Counted from the first letter of the stretch, positions 46,722-59,647 are shown. The stretch is DNA of 64,000 bases from Squalus acanthias (GCA_030390025.1 CM059432.1:34350001-34414000); one strand, 5' to 3'. Numbers and translations are program-made. The notes: generated by a model not told the origin, from the sequence alone.

Positions 46722-47150
46722 TATATCCTCTGGTGGGGAATCCAGAACGTGAGGGTATAATCTTAAAAATTAGAGCTAGGCAATTTATGAGAGAAATCAG
46801 GAAGCACTTTTTCACACTCGGCTCCAGATCTCATTACAGCCTTGGTACAAACATGGACAAAAGAGACGAATTCCTGAGATGATTTTGAGAGTGACTGCTC
46901 TTGACATCAAGGCAGCATTTAACTGAGTGTGGCATCAAGGAGCCCTACTAAAATTGAAGTCAATTTAAATCAAGGGGAAAACTCTCCACTGGCTGGAGTC
47001 ATACCAAGCACAAAGGAAGATGGTTCTGGTTGTTGGAGGCCAATCATCTCAGCCTCAGGACATCGCTGCAGGAGTTCCTCAGGGCAGTGTCCTAGGCCCA
47101 ACCATCTTCAGTTGCTTCATCAATGACCTTTCCTCCATCATAAAGTCAGA

Positions 47151-47315
47151 AGTACTGAAATGGCCAAGCAAGCCACTTAGTTGCACCAAACCGCTCACGG
47201 ACTGCAGCGGTTCAAGAAGGCGGCTCACCACCACCTTCTCAAGGACAATTAGGGATGGGCAATAAATGCTGGCCTTGCCAGTGACGCCCACATCCCATGA
47301 ACGAATTTTTAAAAA
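47151..47315 (+). mobile_element. SINE fragment sharing the 3' tail of the surrounding LINE
   Basis: ctgcagcggttcaagaaggcggctcaccaccacctt...catgaacgaa matches 50831-50935 but has a different upstream sequence; a reverse-strand relative lies at 46085-46220. Confidence 0.7.
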
Positions 47316-47822
47316 GTGTTTCGCAACTCCTCAGATAATGAAGTAGTCCATGCCCGCATTATGCCATCAAGACCTGGTCGACATTCAGGCTTGGGCTGAT
47401 AAGTGGCAGGTAACATTCGCGACACACAAGTGCCAGGCAATGACCATTTCCAACAAGAGAGAGTTTAACCAGCGCCCCGTTACATTCAAAGGCATTACCA
47501 TTACCAAATCCCCCACCTTCAAAATCCTGGGGGTCACCATTGACCAGAAACTTAACCGGACCAGCCACATAAATACTGTGGCTACAAGAGCAGGTCAGAG
47601 GCTGGGTATTCTACTGCGAGTGTCTCACCTCCTGTCTCTCCAAAGCCTTTCTACCATCTACAAGGCACAAGTCAGGAATGTGATGGAATACTCTCCAATT
47701 GCCTGAATGAGTACAGCTCCAACAACACTCAAGAAGCTCGACACCATCCAGAACAAAGCAGCCCGCTTGATTGGCACCCCATCCACCACCTCAAACATTC
47801 ACTCTCTCCACCACCGATGCAC

Positions 47823-50568
47823 CGGGAGGGGCAGGACTGGCAGCTCAATATTCCGGGGTATAGAATCTTCAGGCGAGACAGAGGGGGGCGTAAAAGAGGA
47901 GGGGGTGTCACAATATTAATGAAGGAGTCAATTACTGCTGTAAGGAGGGATGATATCTTAGCAGGTTCCACTAATGAGGCCATATGGGTAGAACTTAAAA
48001 ACAAAAAGGGGGCAAGAACTTTGCTGGGAGTGTACTATAGGCCCCCAAACAGTCAGGGGGAGATAGAGGAACAGATATGTAAGCAAATCTCATAGAAGTG
48101 TAGAAATAATAGGGTAATAAAAGTAGGGGATTTCAACTTCCCCAATATTAACTGGGATAGTCAGAGTGTGAAAGGCTTAGAGGGTGCAGAATTCTTAAAG
48201 TGCATCCAGGAGAGCTTTTTGAGCCAGCATGTAGAAAGTCCTACAAGAGAGGGGGTGGTACTGGACCTAATTCTAGGGAATGTAGCCGGGCTAGTGGTAG
48301 AAGTGTCAGTGGGAGAGCATTTTGGTGACTGACCATAATTCGGTCATGGAAAAGGACAAAGATGGACCGGAAATATAGGTTCTAAATTGGAGGAAGGCCG
48401 ATTTTAATATGATAAGGATCTGGCCAAAGTGGACTGGGATCAGCTACTTGTGGGAAAATCCACATCAGAGTAGTGGGAGTCTTACAGAAAGGAAATAGAG
48501 AGAGTACAGCGCCAACATGTTCCCGTAAAGGTCAAGGGTGGGACCAACAAGCCCAGGGAACCCTGGATGTCAAGGGATATACAAGAATAGATTAGGAAAA
48601 AAATGGAGGCTTTTGGCAGATACAAAGGACTAAAAACAGTGGAAGCCCTAAAGGAGTATAGAAAGTGCAGGGGGTACTTAAAAAAGAAATTAGGAGAGCG
48701 AAGAGGGGGCATGAAAAAACACTGGCGGGCAAAATAAAGGTGTTTTATAAGTATATTAAGGGCAAGAGGATAACCCAGCAAGGAGTAGGGCCCATTAGGG
48801 ACCAAAGTGGCAATCTGTGTGCAGAGCCGGAAGATGTAGGTGAGGTTTTAAATGAATATTTTGCATCTGTGTTCACTATGGAGAAGGACGATGTAGGCAT
48901 AGAAATCAGGCAGGGGGATTGTGATATACTTGAACAAATTAGTATTGAGAGGGAGGAGGTACTAGAGGTTTTAGCAGGCTTAAAAGTGGATAAATCCCAG
49001 GCCCTGATGGGATGTATCCCAGGCTGCTGTGTGAGGCAAGGGAGGAGATTGCAGGGGCTCTGACACAAATTTTCACAACTCTCCTGGCCACAGGGGAGGT
49101 GCCAGAGGACTGGAGAACAGCTAACGTAGTACCATTGTTCAAGAAGGGTAGTAGGAATAAACCAGGGAATTACAGGCCAGTGAGCCTAACATCAGTGGTA
49201 GGGAAATTATTGGAAAAATTCTGAGGGACAGAATTAGTCTCCACTTGGAGAGGCAGGATTAATCAAGATAGTCAGCCTGGCTTTGTCAGGGGGAGATCAT
49301 GTCTAACCAATTTGATTGAATTTTTCGAGGGGGTGATTAGGTGTGTGGATGAGGGTAGTGCAGTTGATGTAGTCTACATGGACTTCAGTATGGCTTTTGA
49401 CAAAATCCCACATGGGAGACTGGTCAAGAAGGTAAGAGCCCATGGGATCCAGGGCAATTTGGCACATTGGATCCAAAATTGGCTTAGTGGCAGGAGGCAG
49501 AGGGTGATGGTCGAAGGTTGTTTTTGTGACTGGAAGCCTGTGTCCAGTGGTGTACCGCAGGGATCGGTGCTGGCTCCTTTGCTGTTTTTAGTGTACATTA
49601 ATGATTTAGATATGAATGTAGGAGGTATGATCAGTAAGTTCACAGATGACACGAAAATTGGTGGAGTGGTAAATAGCGAGGAGGGAAGCCTCAGGCTACA
49701 GGATGATATAGACGGGTTGGTCAGATGGGCAGAACAGTGACAAATGGAATTTAACCCTGAAAAGTGTGAGGTGATGCATTTTGGGAGGAATAACAAGGCA
49801 AGGGAATACACAATGAATGGTAGGACCCTAGGAAGGACAGAGGATCAGAGGGACCTTGGTGTGCATGTACATAGATCCCTGAAGGCAGCAGGACAGGTAG
49901 ATAAGGTGGTTAAAAAGGCATATGGGATACTTGCCTTCATTAGCCGAGGCATAGAATATAAGAGCAGGGAGGTTATGATGGAGCTGTACAAAACGCTAGT
50001 TAGGCCACAGCTGGAATACTGTGTGCAGTTCTGGTCGCCACACTATAGGAAGGATGTGATTGCATTGGAGAGGGTGCAGAGGAGATTCACCAGGATGTTA
50101 CCTGGGCTGGAGTGCTTCAGCTATGAAGAGAGACTGGACAGGCTGGGGTTGTTTTCCTTAGAGCAGAGAAGGCTGAGGGAGGACCTGATTGAGGTGTACA
50201 AAATTATGAGGGGCATAGATAGGGTAGATAGAAAGGAACTTTTCCCCTTAGTAGAGGGGTCAATAACCAGGGGGCATAGTTTCAAGGTAAGGGGCAGGAG
50301 GTTTAGAGGGGATTTGAGGAAAAACTTTTTCACCCAGCGGGTAGTTGGAATCTGGAACTCACTGCCTGAAAGGGTGGTAGAGGCAGGAACCCTCACAGCA
50401 TTCAAGAAGCATTTAGATGAGCGCTTGAAACGCCATAGCATACAAAGCTACGGACCGAGTGCTGGAAAATGGGATTAGAATAGACAGGGCTTGATGGCTG
50501 GCGCAGACACGATGGGCCGAAGGGCCTCTTTCTGTGCTGTATAACTCTATGACTATGACTCTATGACC
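47823..50568 (+). mobile_element. CR1 of the CR1-B subfamily, decayed ORF2
   Basis: Collinear and highly similar to 15985-18732; (ATGACTCT)n tail. Confidence 0.93.
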
Positions 50569-51289
50569 ATGGCTAAGGGATGTGCCATCTACAAGATGCA
50601 CCTGTAACAACTCGCCAAGGCTTCTCTGACAGCACCTCCCAAACCCGCAACCCCTACCGCCTAGAAGGACATTGGGCAGCAGGCACATGGGAACACCATC
50701 ACCTCCAAGTTCCTCTCCAAGTCACACACCATCCTGACTTGGAAATATATCATCGTCCCTCATTGTCGCTGGGTCAAAATCCTGGAACTCCCTTCCTAAC
50801 AGCACTATGGGAGTACCTTCACCTCAGGAACTGCAGCGGTTCAAGAAGGCGGCTCACCACCACCTTTTCAAGGGCAATTAGGGATGGGCAATAAATGCTG
50901 GCATTGCCAGCGACGACCACTTCCCATGAACGAATTAAAAAAAACACAAAGGGTATTAGAAATCTAGAATTCCCCGCCCCCCAAAAGGCTGTGGATGCTG
51001 GGTCAATTGGAGCTTTCATAGATCGATAGATTTTTGTATGGTAAGGGTTTCAAGGGATATGGAACAAAGGTGGGAAAATGTAGGTAAAGATCAACCACGG
51101 TCTACTTGAATGGCATGCAGGCTCGAGGGGCTGAATGGCCTACTCCTGTTCCTATGTAATGAAATACACTGTTCAGATTGAGAAAGCAGTTGCTTAATCA
51201 TTATTGCCTAGTTTACTCCACCCTTGTAACTTACCACCTCACCTCAGCTCCTAGCAGTGCGCAGGTGTACACAGCTTGCTAGGAAGATG

Positions 51290-51522
51290 ATCCCCTACTC
51301 CCTTTGCCCCACCATTGATGGCAATGCCTTCAGCCACCTTGGCTCCTTGCTCTGTCATTTCCTCCCTAAACCTTCTCCACCTTTCCACCTCCTTTCAGAC
51401 CTACCTTTTTGACTGAGGTTTTGGTCACCCTTTCTAATATCTCTTTCTTTGGCTCAGTGTCTGTGAAGTGCCTTGGGACATTTTTCTACGTTAAAGGCGC
51501 TATATAAAGATGTTGTTGTTGT
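51290..51522 (+). mobile_element. L2 3' end fragment
   Basis: ctgtgaagtgccttgggaca..ctacgttaaaggcgctatataaa..(ttg)n. Confidence 0.75.
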
Positions 51523-52240
51523 AACAGCAGTAGTGTTCGTAGTAGTAAAGCAAAACCCTTAGCCAGTGTTTCCCCATACCTAAATGGAGTGCCATCACCA
51601 AGCTCTTGCTCTCTCTTCTCATCTCTGGCCAACCTGCTACTCCTCCCACGTATGGTTTGAAGTAGAACCCCCTCGTCTGTTGCTCATGTGTAGCACAGAG
51701 GAAGTCCTACTTATCAGAGGGGCCATCAAAACTGAGGTTCCATCTTCCTTTCAGGTGGACATGAAAGGTCCCATGACATAACTCAAAGTTCTCTTTGACC
51801 TACATTCCCTCCTCAACAAACACCACTAAACACAGATTAATTGGTCATTCATCTTGTTGTTAATGAAACATGGACTAACCCAGAATGGCAGCCAGCTTTG
51901 CTTATTAAACACCAACTATTGCACTTCAAAGAACATTTCAGTGTCTGAAGCACTTTGAAGCACTCTAATGTAAAGGATGTGATATAAATGCAAGTACTAA
52001 TATTGGTAACTGATCTAATCTAGGTGTATCCTTTCCGTCTTTTACATTGATCAGAACCAGGCGGAGCTGGGTATTGCACTCTTTGTATCTGAATACTTTT
52101 TTAGTTCAGTTATAATAAACAAGGGGTTTGAAAGAGAAGTCATTTTGTCCATTGGAATCAAACTTAATGCAAATAAATGTGAATTCTGGGCAATGGGAAT
52201 TCTGACTAATAGGAGTGACTGAAAAGAGATTTGTTCCCAA

Positions 52241-52662
52241 GGAACTCTATACAATGAGAGTGAATGGGAAAGACCTTGATCCACTGGAACTCTATACAAT
52301 GAGAGTGAATGGGAAAGACCTTGATCCACTGGAACTCTATATACAATGAGAGTGAATGGGAAAGACCTTGATCCACTGGAACTCTATATACAATGAGAGT
52401 GAATGGGAAAGACCTTGATCCACTGGAACTCTATACAATGAGAGTGAATGGGAAAGACCTTGATCCACTGGAACTCTATACAATGAGAGTGAATGGGAAA
52501 GACCTTGATCCACTGGAACTCTATACAATGAGAGTGAATGGGAAAGACCTTGATCCACTGGAACTCTATATACAATGAGAGTGAATGGGAAAGACCTTGA
52601 TCCACTGGAACTCTATATACAATGAGAGTGAATGGGAAAGAACTTAGTCCACTGGAATTCTA
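52241..52662. repeat. 45/47-bp tandem repeat, ~9 copies
   Basis: ggaactctat(at)acaatgagagtgaatgggaaagaccttgatccact. Confidence 0.95.
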
Positions 52663-53810
52663 TTTAACAAGAATGAATAGGAATTATATGTGTGAATAGT
52701 TTGGTATTGGGCCTCATTCAAATTAAACAAGCGAGAAGCGGATGCTAATCGGGTGAGGCTCACTGGTCACAGCTCACCGGTCGGAGGCCAGCCAAAATCC
52801 AGCTGGCTCTGATGCCGAGTTTACCCACAAGTCGGACCTGGGTTGAAATGGGAGAGGCAAAGTGGAGGGGGCAAACCCAGGCCCACTGCGGCCCACGGCG
52901 TTTTGAGGATCTTTCCTGCTCCTCCTGATTCCACAGAAATAAAAATCTGAAAAAGATTTGCTCCCATTTCTTGGCCTCCAGCTGCCCCTTTTAAGGACCA
53001 CTGATTAGGCAAGGTGTTCCGTCCATCTGTACGCAAATCTCAATCAGGGTCTTACAACTGATGTTAGGACCCCAATTTGCATATGTAAGGTGCCCTGGAG
53101 ATCTAAAAGTCTCCGGCTATTGTTTTGGCAGCCGGCACACTTCTGGGGGAGTTCGGGCACAGGAGATCATGACCCAAATTTCATCACCTTCATTGTTGCG
53201 CCAAAAAAAACACGGGCGAAACAATGTTGAATTTTTCCCTCTATGCATCTTACATACAATCCATAAACACGTCAGCTCCTTGTCCGATGTCATCTGACTT
53301 GAGGTCTGCAATTGTGTTACACACCTTGTCAGGTAGGTGCTGTGCAGTTGTGCATGTCGCAACTTGCCTTATATGCAAAACCTCAAGCTACTGGCACTGT
53401 CACTGAATCACAATTAGAAATGCTGAGCCCTGACTTGGCAGTACAACTGGTCTTCTAACAGAAAGCTGGAGTGCCAAAATGCAAAACTCATCTAAGGTGG
53501 AGCTGCCTTGCTTTGTCTTCTTATCACTGACTCAATCCAGCTTTTCAACTGTTTCCAGAGCTGCTGACATCACTTCATCCTTTCAGCTGAGCTGTGGCAG
53601 TTTGCAGTAAATGAGCACCAAATTCCTCAACATGCTCTGACTTATATCATGCTACAGATGGAAAACTCGCCTGGGGATTGCCAAGCATGGGTGTCAGCTT
53701 GTCTCAGTTAGTAGCACTCTCAAATCTGTGTGACTTGAGCACCTAATCTAGGCTGACACTTCAGAGCAGCACTGAGAGAGCACTTCATTGTCGGAGGCAT
53801 GAAAGATCTA

Positions 53811-55266
53811 GGGGGAAAAATTCGGTAGCTTAGCGCCTCCTGTTAGTGCCTGCAGATGGCAGTAAAGGGGCGCTGATGCAGTAGCGCTGGGGCGAGGCGA
53901 ATCCAGCACCGCGCGGCAAATCCGGTCACCCCCCATTGCGCCGCTGGGCGCCCGATCTGAAAAATTAATTATCGCCACTTACCTTAGCGCCTTGACCAGA
54001 CAGCGACAGGGAGAGCTGGTGTGCAGCTGCAGGAAGCCGGCTCCAGTGACGTTATTTAAAGGCATCAGCATTAATCACTCACAGCTGTCAGGGCAGGTTA
54101 GTTTCAGTGGGTTCTTGTCAGTTTCACCAAGTGGAACAGTTTGTATGAGTAATTTAAAGCTTCTTTTGTATCAGCAGTCTTCTGGCAAGTGCAAAGTAGC
54201 GACATTTATTGTTCAAAGATTCAAACTGCTACACTTGGCAACATTAATGGGGGCTGTACTGACGCCACCTCGCCCTCCAGGATCTACAGCAGAAGGAGCG
54301 TAGGCAGCCAGAAATATGGGAATATGTGCGCAGAGGGATGAGGAGGGACATCAGGGCTCTCACCAGGAGGCCTTACCCTCCGAGGGTATTCCGACAGCAC
54401 TGCTCCTACCTTCAATTAAGCGAGGAGCAGTGTATTAGATGGCTCTGCATCACCAAGGTGGTGGTCACAGAACACTGCTACCTCCTCCAAACAGACCTCC
54501 AGCCTCACACCAGGATGGCTTAAACCCCAGATCCATTTTGCTCACCTCATGACCATCATACCATCGCTGTGTCATGCCATATCACAGTGTCCTCCTGAGT
54601 GCAAAGATGAAATGAGAGAGCACAAAATATTTCAAACTCCATTAATAAATTTATGCATAAACATATCACTCATATCACATTCATTCTAATAACTAATGAA
54701 CCTTGTGCCTGCCATAGCTGAGTAGCTGTAATTGTGTGCAAGGCGTGAGATGTGGGTGTGAGTGTTGGTAGGTAGAGATTGTTGGTGGGTGAGTGCTAGG
54801 GGTGTGGTGCTTTGGGCAGTGTGTGAAGCTTGTGGTACAGATGGTGGTATGTAGCATTTGTTGAAGCATTCATTCACCCTGACCACCCGACTGAGGTGGA
54901 TCTGCCATGAGCACACCTGCTTCAGTCCTCCGGCTCCTTCTCCTTGTTGTGCTTTCCTTGCTGAGGCAGCTGCACAGCCAGCAATGCTGAGAATGAGGTG
55001 CTACAGTATCAATGAACCTCCCCTTTAAGCACTGGGAAAAGCCTGTGGCACTGATGAGTTGCGATAAGACTGCACCCGATATTGGTCCACCCTTTCAGTG
55101 TAACGCCACTGAGCTAGGCCTTTAAGACTTGATTTAGCGCTTCAATCATTTCTTTGAGCAGTGAGAATGAATTTTGCGTGCAGTCTAAAGCATTAGCGCC
55201 TGGCGCTAATTCTCAAACTTTTCTAAAGATAACACCCATTCCTGGGCTATAATGAATTTCTAGCCC
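53811..55266 (+). mobile_element. Internally deleted Harbinger element
   Basis: GGGGGAAAAATTC / GAATTTCTAGCCC; transposase N-terminal remnant (RRPYPPRVFRQ..LSEEQCIR) and Myb exon 1/intron remnant; no clean TSD. Confidence 0.82.
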
Positions 55267-55700
55267 TGGACCCCTGTTTCTCAATCTCTCCAAGTTTTTA
55301 ATCATAACCTGGATCCTCTGTTCCTCGATCCCTCAGCTCCACAATCAGTCACCATGGAACCGCCTCCTGAAGCCACATCACCTGCTACTTCTCTAAGATG
55401 AACATGGAATTGCTGGATGACACAAGACCACGGTCCATTTAGTTCACCCTTGACCATCCTGGTAGTCACATGATACAATGATAATGGAGTTGTTGACTAA
55501 TCATAGAAATCAATCTCTATTATTTAGTCTACAACAGACCCAGAAATGACAATGGGAAATTCAGGGGGGTGAGAGGATTGAACATTAGGCAGGGGAGGGA
55601 TCGAACATTGCAGTGGGGGGGGGGGGGGGGGGAGCAGGAAGTGCTGGGACTCAGTCTTATGCTGTTAGTATCTGTGGGGCTTGTTTAGGGTAGAACCTCT

Positions 55701-56057
55701 GGGCGAAAATTCTGATCGGTAGCACCGTTGTTTGGGTGCTACGGATGCCGTTTGGGTGCCGAAAGGCGTCCGATGCGCGCGTGCACACTTGTGGGGCGAA
55801 TCACGCTGGACGCCATATTGGTGAGGGTGTTAGCGTGCACACAGTGAATGTCCGCCGGAAGTAAGCAGAGTAGACAGATCATGATGTCAATCAGCATGCA
55901 ACACTGATTTGACGCCAGCGGTGCCATTTTGGAGTGCAACGCTCCAGCTAACACCCTCTCTTAACCTCGCACAGCCGAACACACGTTCAGCATCAGGAAG
56001 GACCCCTCCAGCAGGCCTATTTAAAGGGATCATCAACTACTTACAGGTTAGTTGCTG
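55701..56057 (+). mobile_element. Probable Harbinger left-end fragment
   Basis: GGGCGAAAATT start; CpG-rich; tatttaaagg...caggttagtt motif shared with 54053-54103. Confidence 0.55.
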
Positions 56058-56665
56058 ATTTGGACTTGAATGTAGGGGGTATGATTAAGAAGTTTGCAGA
56101 TGATACAAAAACTGGCCATGTGGTGGATAATGAGGAAGATAGCTCTAGACTGCAGGAAGATATCAATGGACTGGTTTGGTGGGCAGAACAGTGGCAAATG
56201 GAATTCAATCCGGACAAGTGCGAGGTAATGCATTTGGGGAGGGCTAACAAGGCAAGGGAATCCACAATAAATGGTAGGACACTGATAAGTGCAGAGGAAC
56301 AAAGGGACCTTGGAGTGCATGTCCACAGATCCCTGAAGGTAGCAGAACAGGTAGATAAGGTGGTTAAGAAGGCATACGGGATACTTGCCTTTATTAGCCG
56401 TGGCATAGAATATAAGAGCAGGGAGGTTATGCTTGAACTGTATAAAACACTAGTTAGGCCTAAGCTAGAATATTGCGTGCAGTTCTGGTCACCACATTAC
56501 AGGAAGGATGTGATTGCACTAGAGAGGGTGCAGAGGAGATTTACGAGGATGTTGCCTGGACTGGGGAATTTTAGCTATGAGGAAAGAATGGATCGGCTGG
56601 GGTTGTTTTCTTTGGAACAGAGGAGGCTGAGGGGAGACATAATTGAGGAATATAAAATTATGAGG
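56058..56665 (+). mobile_element. CR1 RT fragment
   Basis: ORF with KFADDTK...EYCVQFWSP. Confidence 0.9.
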
Positions 56666-58955
56666 CCTATCACAGCGCAAAGCTGAAATGAGAGGCACCA
56701 CAAAATCATCCAAAGCCAATTAATAAATTTATCAATAATCAGTGAACACATATTTACAACAACAATATTAGCTATTCACCCTTGTGCAATCCCTTAGTGC
56801 CCCTCGTTACTGTGCCTTTGCCTACTCTAGTGCTCCTACAAAGTGTTGGCCCAGTGGCTGCAGCACGGCTGGTGGAAGGTTGCTGAGTGTCCATGCAGGA
56901 GACTTCAGATGGCCTTGCAGGACGCCCTCGACCAGCTCTGGGCCTGGAAGGCCCGGCTGTAGACTGCACCATCTCAGCATGGGCGGCAGCAGTCTGGGCT
57001 GGCTGGATGACCGGCAGAGACAAGGGCAATGGCGGAGCAGCAGCGGTGGGAGCAGGAATGCTGTCATCCTGAGAGAGGACAGCAGCTTCCTGCTCCACTG
57101 ACCCACGGCCACTCCCCTGGGGCAGCACCTCAGCATCACTATCAATCTACTGGAACACAGATTGCTGGCCTGCTGTGACATCCCCGGTGAACTGTGGTGA
57201 ACCCAACGATGATGGCAGCAGTCAGAGCTTGTGTGGCATCAAGCTGAGACTGCATGAGAGCAGTCTGAGATTGGATGCCACGAACCATAGACTGCATTAC
57301 AGCACTAAGACGTTGCGTGGCTTCCACCTGTGCTGCAATGGAAGCTGCGACATCGCCCCTGACACGCGTCATGAGGTCTGGATCCGCACGGTCTCTCTGG
57401 GAGTCCACCATCCTCTGTACAGTGGAAATGATGGGCTCCATGGTGTGCGCAAAGCTCTGTGCAATGTTGGAGGTGAACTCCTCCACGCTCCTTTCCATTG
57501 CCGAGAGGCTCTCAGGCACGCTTACCATTGCATCTATCATCTCGGAGTGTATGGCCATCACCCCTCTTGTGAACACCTCTGCATCGAGGTCCTCATCTGA
57601 GTCCTGTGCAGCAGAACTCACGCGCGAACTCGCCCTCCGGGGAGCTGACTCCCGAGCTACCCTTTCCCCCTGGCCTTGCTGCAGCCCACTCATCCCTGGT
57701 GCATCACCCAGTGCAGACCCCTCTAAAGATCGCATAGTGCCAGTATCTGAGGTGGTGCCTGCGGGTGAGAGATGCAGTGACGCAGTGCTTTGCTGCTCCT
57801 CCACACTCTCAGTGGGAGGCTGAGGGACAGGCTGGTCAGCTGGTTGCTGATTCTCTGAAATCATAAAGGCACAAGACTCGCGTTAAGGTGAGGGAAGGGA
57901 GGCAGGAAGGGAGCAAGGAATGCAGACAGTATCAGGAGCTGGAAATTGGGAAAAGCTTGTGCTGTAAGGGCGAAGTGGGATGAGAGAAGGAGAGGGGACT
58001 TACGTACCGTTGTTGCCCCCAAGAGGGTCAACGTCGCCGACGGCCACGCCGCTCACCACCTGCTGCCGAATGAGTCTCAGCACTCACTCCTCCAGGTCTG
58101 AGAGCTGCTGGAGCTGCGCATCACCCCCGCCTGTTCTCTACTACTCCCTCCTATCGTGGGCCATCTTGGCCTGCAAGAGAAACGAATGTATGTGAGTCAG
58201 AGTCCAGCTATGTGTTTGGGAGATATGCCTGCCATAGTTGAATAGCTGTGATTGTAGCCAAGGCGTGAGATGTGGATGTGAGTTTGAGTAGGTGCAGGTG
58301 TTTTGTGGGTGAGTGGTGAGGGTGTGGTGGTTTGTGCAGTGTGTACAGACTGAGGTTCAGGTGCTGGTATGTAGGACCTGTTGAAGCCGAGTGAGGTCGT
58401 TGAATTTCCTCCTGCACTGTGTCAGGCTGCGTACGACCACACTACTGGCCGAGACCTCCTGGGCCACTTCCCTCCACATTGCCCTGAATACCTGGGGTAA
58501 TGGCCTCCTTCCAGTGTCCGGGAAGAGCACGGCCCTCCTTCGCTCCACTCCCACGACCAATGCCTCCAATGCCCCGTCCATGAAACGACAAGCTCTCTCC
58601 CTGGGAGTGGGATCAGCCATCACGATCAGGGGATTGAGTTCCTTGCAGGTCGCCTTCAAAGCCAGCATTGCTGAAAATGAGGACCTGCACAATGATACAA
58701 CCTCCCCTTTAAGAGCTGGAAGGAGCCAGTGTGAAGGATCATTCCCGATTGCATAGCACCTGAAATTCATTATCGCTCTGCTGGTAGCACCCCTGTAGCC
58801 CCCTGTTTAGGTCATTACTGCTTGATTTAGTGCTCCAGCTCTTTCCAGGAGTGCTAAAACACAATTTAGGGAAACCTCAGACTCATTAGCGCCTGGCGCT
58901 AATTTTTCACGATTTCAAAATTTAGCGCCCCAATGGGGCGACACCGAATTTCTCC

Positions 58956-59647
58956 CGATAGCAAAATACTGCGGATGCTGGAAATCCGAAATAACAACAG
59001 AAAACGCTGGAAAAACTCAGCAGGCCAGGCAGCATCCGTGGAGAGAGAAAGAGAGTTGACGTTTCAGGTCGATGACCTTTCATCAGAACTGGGAAGAGCC
59101 GGAAATCAAATAGATTTAAGGCCAGGGTAAAGCTGGGAAAAGGGGGAGGGGATAAAGGAACAAAGGAGGAGATGAAGAGACATAGTGACATTAAGAGATA
59201 TGCAAGGCTAGAGGTGGTGTTAATGTGACAGATTAAGGCTGAATGAAGTGTGAAATCCACTGGCAGAATGAAGGACAGCTGCCAGCTTCTAGGAGGAAAA
59301 AAAAGGTGGGGGGGGACAAATAAAAGGGTGGATAAAATAAAATATAAATGTGATTGGAGCTGAGGTTATGATCTAGTGGATTTCACACTTCATTCAGCCT
59401 TAATCTGTCACATTAACACCACCTCTAGCCTTGCATATCTCTTAATGTCTCTTAATGTCTCTTCATCTCCTCCTTTGTTCCTTTATCCCCTCCCCCTTTT
59501 CCCAGCTTTACCCTGGCCTTAAATCTATTTGATTTCCGGCTCTTCCCAGTTCTGATGAAAGGTCATCGACCTGAAACGTCAACTCTCTTTCTCTCTCCAC
59601 GGATGCTGCCTGGCCTGCTGAGTTTTTCCAGCGTTTTCTGTTGTTAT
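58956..59647. mobile_element. Penelope-like fold-back insertion with two hammerhead motifs
   Basis: Inverted arms 58991-59261 / 59375-59647; 13-bp TSD ACCGAATTTCTCC (58943-58955 / 59648-59660); 35-nt extension at the left end. Confidence 0.85.
59548..59584 (+). ncRNA. Minimal type-I hammerhead ribozyme motif (mirror copy on minus strand ~59054-59090)
   Basis: agtt-CTGATGA-A-aggtc-atc-gacct-GAAA-cg-TC-aact: stem I agtt/aact, stem II aggtc/gacct, ACGT palindrome replacing stem III. Confidence 0.75.

Larger units (their letters stand above)
46818..50944 (+). mobile_element. LINE of a different family (pieces 46818-47150, 47316-47822, 50570-50944)
   Basis: ALDIKAAF, AGVPQGSVLGPTIF, LGVTIDQKL, YKAQVR; distinct 3' end ...cagcgacg..cccatgaacgaa-poly(A). 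Confidence 0.8.
46357..51157 (+). mobile_element. CR1 3' fragment (46357-46562, 46722-46817, 50945-51157) hosting a MITE and a second LINE
   Basis: RKHFFT|QR motif split at 46817/50945; 3' UTR at 51090-51157. Confidence 0.75.

Noticed and set aside
15985..50568. Segmental duplication between 15985-18732 and 47823-50568
   Set aside because: Similarity is confined to CR1 sequence; flanks and lesions differ, so these are independent insertions of one subfamily
52241..52662. CRISPR-like regular repeats (also 22085-22303 and 31964-32325)
   Set aside because: Head-to-tail units without unique spacers, no cas genes, vertebrate context
55615..55632. Poly-G run
   Set aside because: Simple homopolymer with no supporting context
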